Source of the DNA: the human T2T-CHM13v2.0 reference genome, Homo sapiens
Strand: one strand, 5' to 3'
DNA length: 64,000 bases
Assembly: GCF_009914755.1 (NCBI RefSeq)
Contig: NC_060925.1
Each line of letters starts with the position of its first letter. Positions within the stretch are counted from its first letter, which is position 1. The notes beneath the pieces were generated by a model. That model searched no databases. It was given only the letters and a program-made list of their open reading frames with translations, and had not been told where the DNA came from. Shown piece by piece: positions 31,984 to 47,153 of this stretch. Both the position numbers and the translations under genes were made by a program.

Positions 31984-32573
31984 TGATTAAAGCATGAACA
32001 GCATACGATCTCAACCTCCATCTAACAAGACAGGAAGGAGACTATTAGAACACAGAGGTGTGAGTGGTACAATGAATGTACCTGAGGCTGAGGCAGGAGA
32101 ATCACATTATATTATTATATTATTATATATAATATAGATATTATATTACTATATTATATATTATTATTATTATATTATTATATTATCATAAAGGCCATTA
32201 GAGACCTTTAGAGGTGCAATGATCATGACACTGGCAGGCTACAGTTTCAAATAGTGTATCATTAGTTCCAATACTGAACTGGCCCAGAATTAGGGCAAGA
32301 GTTTGATGAGTGAACAAAAGGTCTACAAATGTCAGGGCCAAGGGGAGGAAGAGTGATTTAAGGCTTGGTCCTTAAGACAGGAAAGCTTTTTGTTTTAACA
32401 TAAGAATTAAATGACATTAATTCTCATTAAATGTACCTCAGGTACATTCAAGTGATTCTCCTGCCTCAGCCTCAGGTGCATTCATTGTACCATTCACACC
32501 TCTGTGTTCTAATAGTCTCCTTCCTGTCCTGTTAGATGGAGGTTGAGATCATATGCTGTTCATGCTTTAATCA
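31984..32573. repeat. 122-bp inverted repeat (arms 31984-32105 and 32452-32573)
   Basis: Manual alignment: 4 mismatches, no gaps. Confidence 0.95.
32106..32187. repeat. AT-rich low-complexity (TATTA/TAT)n tract
   Basis: Direct reading. Confidence 0.9.
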
Positions 32574-32609
32574 CTGGTACACAGTGCTCAATAAATATTT
32601 GTTGACTGA
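32474..32609 (+). mobile_element. L2 3' end relic
   Basis: Ends CAGTGCTCAATAAATATTTGTTGACTGAA. Confidence 0.55.
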
Positions 32610-32910
32610 AGCCAGGCGCGGTGGCTCATACCTGTAATCCTAGTACTTTGGGAGGCTGAGGTGGGTGGATCACCTAAGGTCAGGAGTTCGAGACCAGCCT
32701 GGCCAACATGGTGAAACCCCATCTCTACTAAAAATACAAAAATTAGCTCTGTGTGGTGGCATGTGCCTGCAGGCCCAGATACTCAGGAGGCTGAGGCAGG
32801 AGAATGACCTGAACCTGGGAGGCAGAGGTTGCAGTGAGCCGAGATCTTGCCATGGCACTCAGCCTGGGCGACAAGAGCAAAACTCTGTCTCACACACACA
32901 CACACACACA
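32610..32910 (+). mobile_element. Alu (S-like) with (CA)n tail
   Basis: Alu consensus motifs. Confidence 0.92.
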
Positions 32911-33071
32911 CCAATGGTTGAATGAATACATAAATAAAAAGCATTAACACTTCAAAGGCTAATCAGGCTACATTTTTATTATTCCTTTACACATTTACTA
33001 ATTTCCTTGTGAAAGATATATTTTATGTGACTGAAGAAATAAATAATGAACAACCCCAAACTGAGACCTAA

Positions 33072-33456
<385 letters not shown>

Positions 33457-34362
33457 TAGGATTTATTTAGTCACAGATCATTGTTCCATTCCCTTCCTAC
33501 TACCTTGAAAACTAGAAGTTATTTCTAACACTATTGCTAAATAATAGTGTCTGTTTTTTTTTACACGCTGTTAATCATTTCTGATTTGGGAGTGTATGAT
33601 TTTTTTTCTCTTTCATCTGGATGTTTGGCAATGTATAGACTAAAAGTTAAGTCTGAAAGATTAATTCCATTAACATACTGAAATTTGATAGTATTTACCT
33701 ATTTATTAAAGTTGAATTCACTCCTGAAAAGCTTTTCTGGGACTAGATAAAGATGAGTAACCAGTCTGAATTTATACAAGTAATTAATTTATCTGATTGA
33801 GAAGAATTTAATTATAATCTTGATGCTTGGACGACTACTTATGTCTCTTTGATGACCTTTCAATTTAGAAAGTTAAAAGCATTTACAGGTTTAAAATTTT
33901 AAAAATACAATAAAAGAAGTTTCATTTAATAGCTGAAATGGTAGATTATAACCAAAATGCAAAATTTCAAGTGAGTCTCTGATTCTTTAACATTCATTTT
34001 GTTTTCTCTAGATTTTAGATTTCTAAAATATTTTAGATCCTCCGTGCTAATTATTTACCTCTTGACCAGGAAGAATCTCAATTTTGTTCATAGAACTTCA
34101 TGGAACAAAGGTTTTGTCAATCCTGAGAAATCATTATGCCATCCTAACATATAACTCCCTGAACTTGACCTTACTCTCCTTCTCAATAACAGGAAAATCA
34201 GGCAAAACCCCTATTACGTTTTGAAACGTTCCCAAAGTAGAGGTAAAATCTAAAACCAAATCTAAAACCAAGTGAACAACAAAGGGAGGAAAAATAAAAA
34301 GGAGGGATAGAAAAGGTGTGGAAGTGTGCGGTGAAAAAAATCCATGAATGTCCAAAGGATGC

Positions 34363-34364
<2 letters not shown>

Positions 34365-34421
<57 letters not shown>

Positions 34422-34439
34422 ATGTGTATATATATATAT

Positions 34440-34440
<1 letters not shown>
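34365..34440. repeat. (TG)n-(TA)n microsatellite
   Basis: About 23 TG units then TATG/TA units. Confidence 0.95.
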
Positions 34441-34630
<190 letters not shown>

Positions 34631-35143
34631 TAATATGAATCTTGCAGCTAAAAGTGCTTTTCTACTAGCTGTTATAAGAAATGATCATTTTCTGGGGGAA
34701 GGACTCTTTTTGTAATCCTATGGTTATTTGCGTAAAGAAGCTACCTACTATGCATTATGTAGGGTTGGTGATGTAAGAATTATTCAAGCAATAAAGGGCA
34801 CACTTAATCATTTAGCCTCAGTAAATGCTTATTTTGAAACTGTAATATTCCAAATTAAAAAGGCCTGGGGTTGCACTCCCCAAAATATGCACTTTGAAAA
34901 CATTTCCTGGATCAAACTAATTATTCAAGCACCTCTGCATTCCCAGCACGAAAGCAAAAGTGGGAATACCTAAGCATGGCCACGCATTTATGCATGCAAT
35001 GATTTCCCAAAGAGTTTGTCATAAATTCCATCCCTGAATTTATTCCGTGTTTGCATGCTTAAGCAATGATGAATTATTGAAAAGCACTGCATTTTTAAAC
35101 TGTTCTCTTTTCACAGAGAGGGATGGATTGACTGAGAACATAG

Positions 35144-35479
<336 letters not shown>

Positions 35480-35976
35480 TCTTTCTCCTTTACACTGAGA
35501 AGATATTATGAGAATTTGGCATTAAATGAAGACTGCTGTGAATATAAAACAACAATGCTTCCTTTAAGGAAAGTCTGGCAAGACTACTCTGTTTCAATAT
35601 GCCCTTTTCAGGTATATACTTGTTAATAATTTTCAAATGATAATTTTTTTCATATAATATTTTATCTTTTATCCTTTCAAATAATTTTCAAGTTGAGAGC
35701 AACCTAATTTTCTTTTGAAAGTTACTCTCATTTCCATAATGTAAACTACTGAGGTACTTCTGTAGGGTGAGACCATGAGCCTTCAAAATGGACCCACTTT
35801 GGGAAAAGCTCCGTAATGAGTAAATTGCCAATGCATGTTAAACAGCAATGAATGGTGTGCTCTTCCTAAGGCAACCTGATGGCATCTCCATTTCCAGGCT
35901 GGCTTCTCCTGTGGTGCCCAGTTTAGTGCCTGGTCTTAGGGACTGGGTTCTAACCAGAGGCTGGGCATTCACTGAC

Positions 35977-36113
35977 CTTTTGGTGCTTGTGCTGGAGATA
36001 GGCAGGTAGTCCATGACAGCGATGTACACATACTGCTTGGCATCATCTATCACACTGTAGATGGCATCTATGTCAAAACTTCTGTTTTTAGGGCAAAAGA
36101 GTTTTGGAGAATT
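35977..36113 (-). CDS. PLD5: PLD5 internal coding exon (137 bp, NSPKLFCPK...STSTKR)
   Basis: CAG acceptor 36116-36114, GTCAGT donor from 35976; frame continuous with flanking exons. Confidence 0.96.
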
Positions 36114-36593
36114 CTGTGAAGACACAAAAGCCAAACTTTTAGCGTACTAATTTTTGGCAGCTGGGGATTTATTTATTTCCTTTGTTTCCACGGACCTTGG
36201 CTTGTAACTATATTTTTGCAAACCTAATTTCTGCTTCATCAAATTAGACAAAGATATTTTCAATCTTATCAAAGTTGAATAAAGATCAAAGTGTGGTAGG
36301 ATGGGTCTCAAGTCTGTTTTGGAAAGAATTCTTTTATTATCTGACACATTTTGATTTTCAATTTTTATGTATTAAAAAATTTAATTGATACATAATTGTA
36401 TATATTTATGGGGCACATAGTGATGTGATTCATATAATGTATAGTGATGAGATTATGGTAATTAGCATATCTATCATCTCAAACTTTATCATTTCTTTGT
36501 ATTGGAAACATTCAATATCTTCCTTCTAACTATTTGAAACTATCTAATATATTATTGTTAAGTATAGTCATAGTTAACTACGGTCCTATAGAA

Positions 36594-37431
<838 letters not shown>

Positions 37432-38494
37432 TTATTCTTCCTATCTTGCTGTTATTTTTATATCCACTAACAAATCTTTCCCCACCCCCTCTTTCCCCAG
37501 CCTCTAGTATCTTCTGTTTTACTTTTTACTTAGGAGAGAATTCTTGCTTTCAGTGTACACACTTCTTTTCGGAGGAGCACTCCACCTCCAACCTTACACA
37601 ATTCTGTCATACATAGCTAATAATTTTCTCAGGTGTTACTACACACGCACACACACTGCACATAGCAAGCCATTTACTCCAGCATTTTCATTTCATCTGA
37701 AATGTGATGATGTGGGCATAAAAATGTTTCAAACTCAAAATCTAAAAAAAAAAAAATCTTGGAGTTTTTTTCTTTTCTCCAAAATCTTTCATTGAGTTAG
37801 GAGAAGTGTTGATTGTTGAGAAAAGGTCATCGATAACAGTGAAGGAATATCTGAGGGAGCTATTAAGATGCCGAAATTCAGCAGGAGAGCCAGAGAAGAA
37901 GGATGTTCTGAAAGATTTAAGCAAAATGAAAAAAAGAGGCAAATTCTGCTTGAGGCATTTTTCTCCTGTTGCTTGAGGTGGTTTTCATCTTATAAAAATA
38001 TGGTGTTTGTAGATGGAGTTGCTGTAGAAAGGGAAAGATGTGTTTGGTTTTCTCATTATTTTTCCACTGGACAGGACTGAAAATAGTGTTTCCCACAGTT
38101 GCTGTTTTACTTTGACAAGCGATACGCTGTGACAAGTATCACATAAATAATGCCAGGGGCATTATAATGGGACATAAATAATGCCAGGATGTTTAGGACC
38201 AAAAGGCTGAATAAACAGATTTTTGGAACTGCCTGGAATGAATGGTAGTATTGGGCGGTCAGAGTTCCTCCTCACCAATTATGTCTGGAACAACTCCCTA
38301 CACTGCACAGTAGGAGTCCCCACCCCAGCTTAGAGGTTTGTGAGATGGAGCTGTTGGACTGGACGCCCACCTTAGAAGGGGCATAGGGGCATAGGGATAA
38401 GGAAGGAGCATGCTGAGGATCACACACCTTCCAGGTTTCCTCACACAGAAAGTCCTCTTGGCAGGTGATCATGAGCAAGATGAGTCGGTTTTTT

Positions 38495-38892
38495 AAAAAA
38501 GAATTTCAACTTTTATTTTAGACTCAGGGGGTACAGGTGCAGGTTTGTTACATGGATATATATTATGTGATGCTGAGGTTTGAGGCACAACTGATCCCGT
38601 CACCCAGGTAGTGAGAATAGTACTCAATAGTTTATCCACCCATGTCCCCTTCCTTCCCCACATGCGCTAGTGGTCCTCAGTGTTTAGTGTTGCCATCTCT
38701 ATGTCCATGAGTAACCAATGTTTACCTCCCACTTATAAGTGAGAACATGGTATTTGGTTTTCTGTTCCTGCAGTGATTTCCTTAGAATAATGGCCCCTAG
38801 CTGCACCCACATTGCTGCAAAAGACATGATTTTATTCTCGTTTATGGTTGCATAGTATTCCATGGTGCATATGTACCATATTTTCTTTACAG
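38495..38892 (-). mobile_element. L1 3'UTR fragment (older L1PA)
   Basis: GTGCAGGTTTGTTACATGG...CCCACTTATAAGTGAGAACATG motifs. Confidence 0.85.
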
Positions 38893-39473
38893 GATGAGTT
38901 TTTGATCATTTATTTTTTTCTTTTGGAATGAGGATGAACTTCAAGTCTGTTTTTTAAAGGTAGTCCTACACTCCTCTGTCATCAGCACACAGATATACAG
39001 ATACTCCATCTGTCACCAAGATAGAAAGCGTGTGCCTCTGCAGGGTTTCCTGGGTCTGTCCCTCCTCTTACTCTTGATCACTCAGTAAGTTTCCCTCACT
39101 TGGGCACTAGTGCTGCTTTCAGGGATGTTCTAACATCTTTCTAACTCATTGCCTTATCTCTGAGATGTTTAAAAACAAATATACATCACTCCCAGGATGA
39201 ACTGACTCCTGGTTTCTCAGAATCCAGCTTGAACTAATTGGGAGGGGTGTATCCATGGTCCTGTGTCTCTGCCTCCTTCATTTGCCAACTCCCATCCTGT
39301 CTGTGACCCCAAATGCAAGTAATTACCAGTCCACGGCTGTGCCCTCATCATGTCTGACTCTGGGCATCTCTGCTCATGCCGGCTTCTCTGGCTCATGTGT
39401 CTTTATTTTTGTCTATCAAAGTCCTACTAATTCTGTTCTCTGAATTCCAGCTCAAATGTGATCTCCTCCATGA

Positions 39474-39765
<292 letters not shown>

Positions 39766-41399
39766 AATGAAGTTGTTTTTAAATCTCCAATCAAAGGTTG
39801 CTTTTCCCAACCCTGTACTCCCATACTATTTATTTCTTTTGCTTTTTTCTTTTTTTACCATCATAACCATTTTTAAGTGTACAGTTCAGTGGATTTTAGG
39901 GATTGTATGTTACTCATTTTCCTATGCCATTAAAAATATTCAAATTATTTAATTCCCTTAGCATGTTGGCTCTGCTTTAAAGGTTCTTTGGTTAATGTGG
40001 AGAAGCTGAAGATCTTTGCTCCAGATGGGTTCTCAGAAGCCTGACTCTGAAATGTGTCCAAATGCTCACATTTGTTTCAGTTAGGAACTCCCTGAATTTC
40101 ACTGCTTTTTCCAAAACCAGATTTTGGTTTTGGGGAGGAACAAATGTAGGCAGAGTTATCTGTGGTCTCTTTACATTTGCTGTTATCTTACAAGTATAGA
40201 CACTGTGGCCATAATTTAGAGGAAAGAGCATGGGCTTTGGTGATACAGGCCAGACTCCAGCACTTAGAACCTGGGGCATCTTGGTGTGTCCCTTACACTT
40301 TTTGAGCCTCTGTTTCCTAATGGGGTTAATGAAAATAACACACCTTTCATACTGGTTTGCCTTGAAGCTCAAATAAATGAATGGCCTGTTTGCTGGCTGG
40401 GTTCCATGCCCCTCTTCTGTGCGTGCTTTCATTCAATCAGCAAATATTCCTAGGCTCTGGTCTAGGAAGGGGACATACATCAGTGACCAAGACAAGATCC
40501 CTTCTTTGTGGAACTTCATTCTAGCGCATGTTACATGGCATTGCATTCATCTGTCTATGTGTTTAGCCACTTGCTTGTGAGCTGCCTGGTTGTGTATCTC
40601 TGGCATCTTGTGCCATGCACATATTATATGCTCAATACATACTTATGGAACGAATGTGAAAGTGCTTCATAAATGCATAAATGTTGGAGGTTTGTCTGTT
40701 GGAGTCTGTTGCTTCAATCTGGGTATTTCCAAACCTGTGTCAACAGATGTTTATAAGCACTGACCTGCCTTATTGCTTCCTGTGTTCCCACTGCCTGACA
40801 CAATGGCAGGTGCTCCAGCTCCATGTGTTTATGAAGGAAATGCATAATTATTTGTATCAGTCCCCTTGCACCTGGGGGCTGAGTGGTACTTTGCTATGTG
40901 TTCTAGAGTCTTCTACCTTTAAAAATAGTGCCTGGATAGACTAGTGGCTGTAAAATGTCTGCCCAGAATAGAAATGAATAAACAATAACACAAAAGAATG
41001 AGCTGGCAGAGGAAGTTAACTAGTTCCAACTGTTTAATTAAAGAGAGGGCTAAGTTTCCCTCTCATCACTTCTGAATTAATTTTCCGAGCCTTGTGCTGT
41101 GTACTTCTTTGTTCCATAGTAAAGTAGAAGAAGAGGGAAAATACAGATCCTCTTCAATATTCCAGCTCTGTGGCAATCTTTTACCAGTCAAGAGCTCTTG
41201 AGGGACCTGACTTCTAGGTTAATCTGGGTTTGTCTCTTAGATCAGTAGGCACCATATGAATGTAATTTATTTTGCATACTCATTAAATAATCACCTTGTA
41301 CAGACCTTAGCAGGTTTTTAATTATTTCATTAACAGTTTCATGGTTTTAAAAAAGTATATACTCTATTTGTAGAATATATATGTTCAAATATAATTAAA

Positions 41400-42610
41400 T
41401 ATGAAAAGACAACCCATGGAATGAAAGAAATAAAATATTGGAAAATCATATATTTAAACCAGACACCTGAACCCAGGAATTTTAGGCCAGCCCCAATAAC
41501 ATAGTAAGACCTTGTCTCTATAAAAAATCATATTTCTGTTTAAGGGACTTGTATACAGACTGTATAAAGAACTCTTACAACACAAATTTTTTAAATAACT
41601 TAATTTAAATGGGCAAAAGATTTCATATTTGATAGATATTTTGTGTCTCTTCTTTAAAGAAGAGATACAAATGGCCGATAAGCACGTTAGAAGATTTAAA
41701 TCAAAACAAAAATAAGATTACATTTTATACCCTCTAGTAGAGCTAAAATAAGACAGAAAATAACAAGTGTTGCCGAGGATGTGGAGAAATAAAAACTCTC
41801 ATATATTGCTGGTGGGATTGTAAAATGGTGCTGCCAATTTGGAAAACAGTTTGGTAGTTTCTCAAAATGTCCAACATAGAGTTACCACATTATCCAGTAA
41901 ATCCACTCCTATGTATAAACTCGAATTAAAAACAGCTATTCACATAAAAACCTGTACATGAATATTTATAGCAGCACTATTTACAATAGCCAAGAAATAG
42001 TAGTAGTACAAATGCCCATCTGTTGACAGACGGGTAAACAAAGTGTGGAATATCCATACAATGGAATTATTTAACCATAAAAAGAATAAAGGCAGTATTG
42101 GTCCATGCTACAATATGGATAAACCTTGAAGGCATTATGTTAGGTGAAAGCAGCAATCACAAAAAACTACATAGTATATGATTCCATTTATATAAAATAT
42201 CCAGAAAAAGGCAGATTCATAAAGAAAAAGTAGACTGCTGGTTGCCAGGGACTGAGAGAAGGGAAAATAGTGACGGCTAATCAGTATGGGGTTTTTTCTT
42301 TGTGGTGAAAAAAAGTTCTAAAATCAGATTGTAGAAATGGTTGCAAAACTGCGACTATACTCAACCCCACTAAATTGTATGCTTTATTTTTTATTTTTTA
42401 TTTTTATTTTTTGTATTTTTAGTACAGACGGGGTTTCACCATGTTGGCAAGGTTGGTCTTGAGCTGCTGACCTCAAGTGATCAGCCAGCTTTGGCCTCTC
42501 AAAGTGCAGGGATTACAGGAGTGAGCCACCATGCCCAGCCTGAATTGTATACTTTAAAAGGGTAAATTTTATGGTGTGTAAATTACGTCTCTGTAAGGCT
42601 GTTAAACTAA
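41400..42610 (+). mobile_element. Ancient L1M 3' portion, interrupted by an Alu monomer
   Basis: Degenerate ORF2 end and 3'UTR motifs (GAGGATGTGGAGAAA, TGGTTGCCAGGG). Confidence 0.75.
42384..42540 (-). mobile_element. Alu left arm
   Basis: Alu consensus motifs. Confidence 0.85.
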
Positions 42611-43640
42611 TTTACAATATACGCAGAAGGTTCTAAAGAGGAATGTGATGCAGGATTTTTCCATAGCAGCATCAAGTTCTATTTAATGTCAGCCCTCACT
42701 CACTAAATACATCTCCATATACATGGCTGACAGGTGACTTAACTGAACAATAAACAAGAAATGAAATCTGTCTAACATCTAGATCAATAAAAACAGACCT
42801 TGAACTAGTCTTTTATCTTGGAAAGCAATTGCTTAAGCTTAAAGGCTCCAAAAAGAAACCTACAAGACAGAAACAGCCAACTATTGTTCCCATCCTCCAA
42901 TTTCAATGGGAAATGCAAGAAAATGAGAATTATCTGGCCCAAGTTACTAGAAATCACACAGTTAAATCTAAGTGCCTATTTGTGTTCCATGAAAAAACTG
43001 GAAATAATCCATATTTGTATCATAAGTTAAAATTTATATCTAACTATGCTAAGTTATCAATTATCTAAAATCTAACTTTGAGAATGGTTATTAAGGTCTT
43101 CAAATACTCTTTATGTATGTGTTCAACTTAGTCTTGAGACAATCAGCTTATAAAAATATACTATTTTAAGATACAACAAATATATTGAATTAAATTCATC
43201 TTGGCATTTGTCTGGCATATATTACTGAGAAAACTGTATGCATTCTGGAGCTTTCTATTAATATTACTACTAATAAAACCTATCCAACATTCATTGCTGC
43301 TTTTAGCTAGCACTAAGTGAAGTATTGGGAATACCAATGATGAAGAGGATATATTAATAGTAGGTGATCTTCAGAGTCTAATAAAATGGTGGGAAAGATG
43401 ATTATAAATAAATAGTTATAAAAGTTATAATAGAAGGGAGTTCAAGGAACTCTGTCTGAATGATATCAATTCCAGTTGCAGGGTTTTCTGACTGTTTTTG
43501 TACCTGTAGGATTTTATACCTCTCCAGAAATGGTGTTCAATCAATATCTGTTGAATTGAAATTCAAAGGCAGGCTTGATATTATTAAAAAATAGAAAATA
43601 AAACAGGAAGTTAAAATAAGTAAATAAAAAAAGAAAGTAA

Positions 43641-44192
43641 ACTAGAAATATCATTTGACCCAGCCGTCCCATTGCTGGGTATATACCCAAAGGATTATAA
43701 ATCATGCTGCTATAAAGACACATGCACACATATGTTTATTGCGGCGCTATTCACAATAGCAAAGACTTGGAACCAACCCAAATGTCCATCAATGATAGAC
43801 TGGATTAAGAAAATGTGACAGATATACACCACGGAATACTATGCAGCCATAAAAAAGGATGAGTTCACATCCTTTGTAGGGACATGGATGAAGCTGGAAA
43901 CCATCATTCTCAGCAAACTATCGCAAGGACAGAAAACCAAACACCGCATGTTCTTACTCATAGGTGGGAACTGAACAATGAGAACACATGGACACAGGGA
44001 GGGGAACATCACACACCAGGGCCTGTCATGGGGTGGGGGGAGGGGGGAGGGATAGCATTAGGAGATACACCTAATGTAAATATGAGTTAGTGGGTGCAGC
44101 ACACCAACATGGCACATGTATACATAGGTAACAAACCTGCACGTTGTGCACATGTATCCTAGAACTTAAAGTATAATTTAAACAAAAGAAAA
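43641..44192 (+). mobile_element. L1PA 3' end fragment
   Basis: ORF2 C-terminus, G-rich 3'UTR, ends AGAACTTAAAGTATAAT plus A-rich tail. Confidence 0.92.
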
Positions 44193-45217
44193 GGTATTAC
44201 ACAGTTTAAAAAACTACCCAAAGAAATGTCTCACAGCTCTTTTTGTGGTGAACTCTTTAAGAAAAAGCCACTTATGAATTTGCCCTAGAAAATAACAAAG
44301 GTATCGAATTGTAGTAGATTTTACTAAAGGCCTGAGACCACTCTCTCTGGGAAATACATTAGCTTTAAAATCAACAAAAAACTGACTCTTTCCCTGTTTA
44401 AGGGTTAGTATGTAAATGTATGCAACAACCATATTCACTTATCTCCAAGGTTGAAACTGTAAATTCAAAATCCAGTGATTATTCAAAATTTGTTCATTAA
44501 TTCATCTATTTTTTGCTATTTCCAATTTGTTTTTCTACTGGATCTGATCAAGCGATCCACGCTTGGCATGTAGTGTCACCCTGTGGCCCTCTGGATTAAA
44601 GGTTCCTTGGCAAATTTTCTATTGCTGCTCATCCACAAATTAGGAATACTCCTTGGCCTCCTGGTCTTATAGGGTCATCTTGAGATGAATTGAAAATGTC
44701 TATATAATTTATATTTATATTTATTCGTAAAATGCCCTATAATATGCTACTTGCTACTCCATTCTTGACCTCCTCCATACAAAAATGTTATTTTACCTCC
44801 AGCTGATGAACATCCTTCATAGTCTATTTTCTGCTCTTCACATTTATGTGAATTTGTTATTTAAGACAACTTGAACTTTGTGTTTTCTTTCTATTGTTAC
44901 ACTTCTAAATTTTCTGCTGGTGTTTTCCTTTGAACAGGCAAAAAGGATACAATTCACTTTATCTTCAACAAAATGCTGTTTAGTGACAAAAAAGTTGTTG
45001 GCATAAAAGCACCAATATCAACCAAGGTTGAAATAGCAATATTAAATTGGGAGCATTACTTAGAGAAGTTGATCTGAACATCAGGATAATTTCAGAAGCT
45101 TGCTTCAAATAAAAATTCTAAGATCTCATCTCAGATCCAGTGGATAAGATCCTGGGTGGGGACAGGGGACACTATAAATCTGCACTTTAAGCATACTTCG
45201 TAGCCAATTCTTAAGTA

Positions 45218-45840
45218 CAGTAAGTCCTCACTTAATGACGCCGACAGGTTCTTGAATACTATGACTTTAAGCAAACTGATGTATGATGAAAACAATGGTA
45301 CCATAGGCTAATTGATATAAAGGAGAGTTAAGTTGCTATGGCTTATTTCTGGTCCCAAAAACAGCATCAAACTTCTAAAGACCAAAACACTTTGAATATT
45401 AAACATTGAAACAAATGTGAGCTATACATACATTTAAGAAAGACTAATAAAAACAAGTAAAATAATTATTTACCCTCTTACTCCAGTTCAGGGTCACAGG
45501 TGGCCAGAGCCCCTCGCAGCCGGGACCCCTGTGGACAGGAGGACATCCCATCGCAGAGCACACTCACACACACATTCACACTCGCTTACACTGGGACCAC
45601 TCACACACACATTCACACTCGCTCACACTGGGACCACACAGATCTGCCAGTTCATTCCACTTGCACAGCTCTGAGATGTGGGAGGAAACAGCAGTACCCG
45701 GCAAAAGCCAACACAGACAGGTGGAGAACGTGCAAACTCCACACACACGGTGGCCCCAGCCGAAAATCAATTGTTTTTTTTCTTATCAACATGATAATGA
45801 ATGGGCATTGAACAAAACGATGTTATTGAAGGATCTACTG
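45218..45840. mobile_element. TcMar-Tigger family element (MER82-like)
   Basis: CAGTAAGTCCT...AGGATCTACTG imperfect TIRs flanked by TA on both sides. Confidence 0.8.
45564..45637. repeat. 37-bp tandem duplication
   Basis: TCACACACACATTCACACTCGCTYACACTGGGACCAC x2, one mismatch. Confidence 0.9.
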
Positions 45841-46555
45841 TACTACAGTTTGAGGACTAGGACTGTAGGCCCAGATATTTACATTGCCCCTTTCCAGTAA
45901 CATCTCTGGATAGCTGTGGCATGTGCCTAGCTGGGTGGTGGACTGGGAAGGTGAGGGTGGGTGGAGGGTGTGGCTAATGGTTCTTAGCAGAGTCAGAGGC
46001 CCGAAGCTGTGCAAGGAGCACTGTCCTGTTGTGTGGGCCTCTTGCCTGCTTGCCCCAACCAGGTACAGCAGCTCTGCTTTTGTCTGATCTATACACTGAG
46101 ATTCCCTCAGATTTGTCTCATCAAAGGGTTCTGATAAAAACAAGTCTGAAAAATCAATGTAGGGCATTGAAAACAGGCTAACAGGCTCTGGTGTCAGAAG
46201 AGCTGGGTGCTGGCTCCGCTCTTAGCATGTCCCATCGGATGGGCTTTTTGCTAGTAGGTAAGGTCGATACCTTCATTTGCAAAATGGACACAACCCCATA
46301 CCTAGCTTACAGGGTGATTGAGGGAATCAAATCAGATAACTCAAGGTATCTGACACAAGGAATGATGATCAAGATTTATTATATTTGAGGGTATGATTGC
46401 GTGTAAGGGTGGACGCATTTTAACTCTTCACGTCATGGGATAGAACCACTGTAATTCATTTTTGCCCAATACAAGATCACACTTAAACATTCCAACTTAA
46501 TAAAGAGCCTTTGGAGGAAGAAGGAGAAGGGGAGGAGAAAGGGAAAACAACTCAC

Positions 46556-46753
46556 CGATACAAATGCTTGAGATTTGGTTTCATTCAACTGAAGTTGCAA
46601 TTTCTTTTCATTGTCATAGACTCCATAGAGTCTTTTGGACCAGGTTTGAGGCACTCTGCTTTTGAATTTTAATGAACTATATAGAGCAAATATCCTTTGT
46701 AAATCTAGGACCAGGCAGCTGCAGTTGTAGAAGATGACACCGAGTTCTTTCAT
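46556..46753 (-). CDS. PLD5: PLD5 internal coding exon (198 bp, MKELGVIF...SQAFVS)
   Basis: Translation matches PLD5 as I recall it; minus-strand CAG acceptor at 46756-46754, GTGAG donor from 46555; phase 0/0. Confidence 0.96.
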
Positions 46754-47115
46754 CTGTGAAATTAAAATTGAAAGCATCAATGCCATGTGTGTCTTTTGGT
46801 GTTATTTTCAGAGAAAAAAGGAATGCATAAGAATGAGGTAGTTGTGACATCTTTTTTCTTGCATTTGAAGTAAGTAGATATAGTTACATTATGGTACATA
46901 GAGGTGATATGTTATAAAAATGCTAAATATTTAAGTAAAATTTTGCTGGTTTTTTGTATTAGGTCTCTAATTTTCTTATAGTCATCTATAATTTCTTATA
47001 TTCATCTATACTTTTCACATCAGCTCTTCAGATTTGTTTCCTTAACACTTTTTTTGTATGACTCATTCAATCAGGTGGCAAGAAAAAGGTCAATTTTACT
47101 TGCAACATAACCGAA

Positions 47116-47153
47116 TGGCTGGAATCATGGATTCTGGCTGGAATCATGGATTC
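47116..47153. repeat. 19-bp perfect tandem duplication
   Basis: TGGCTGGAATCATGGATTC x2. Confidence 0.92.

Noticed and set aside
31926-32573. Inverted-repeat block as a MITE/DNA transposon or CRISPR-like array
   Set aside because: No TSD or recognisable TIR family, the arms are copies of local flanking DNA, and there is no regular repeat-spacer periodicity
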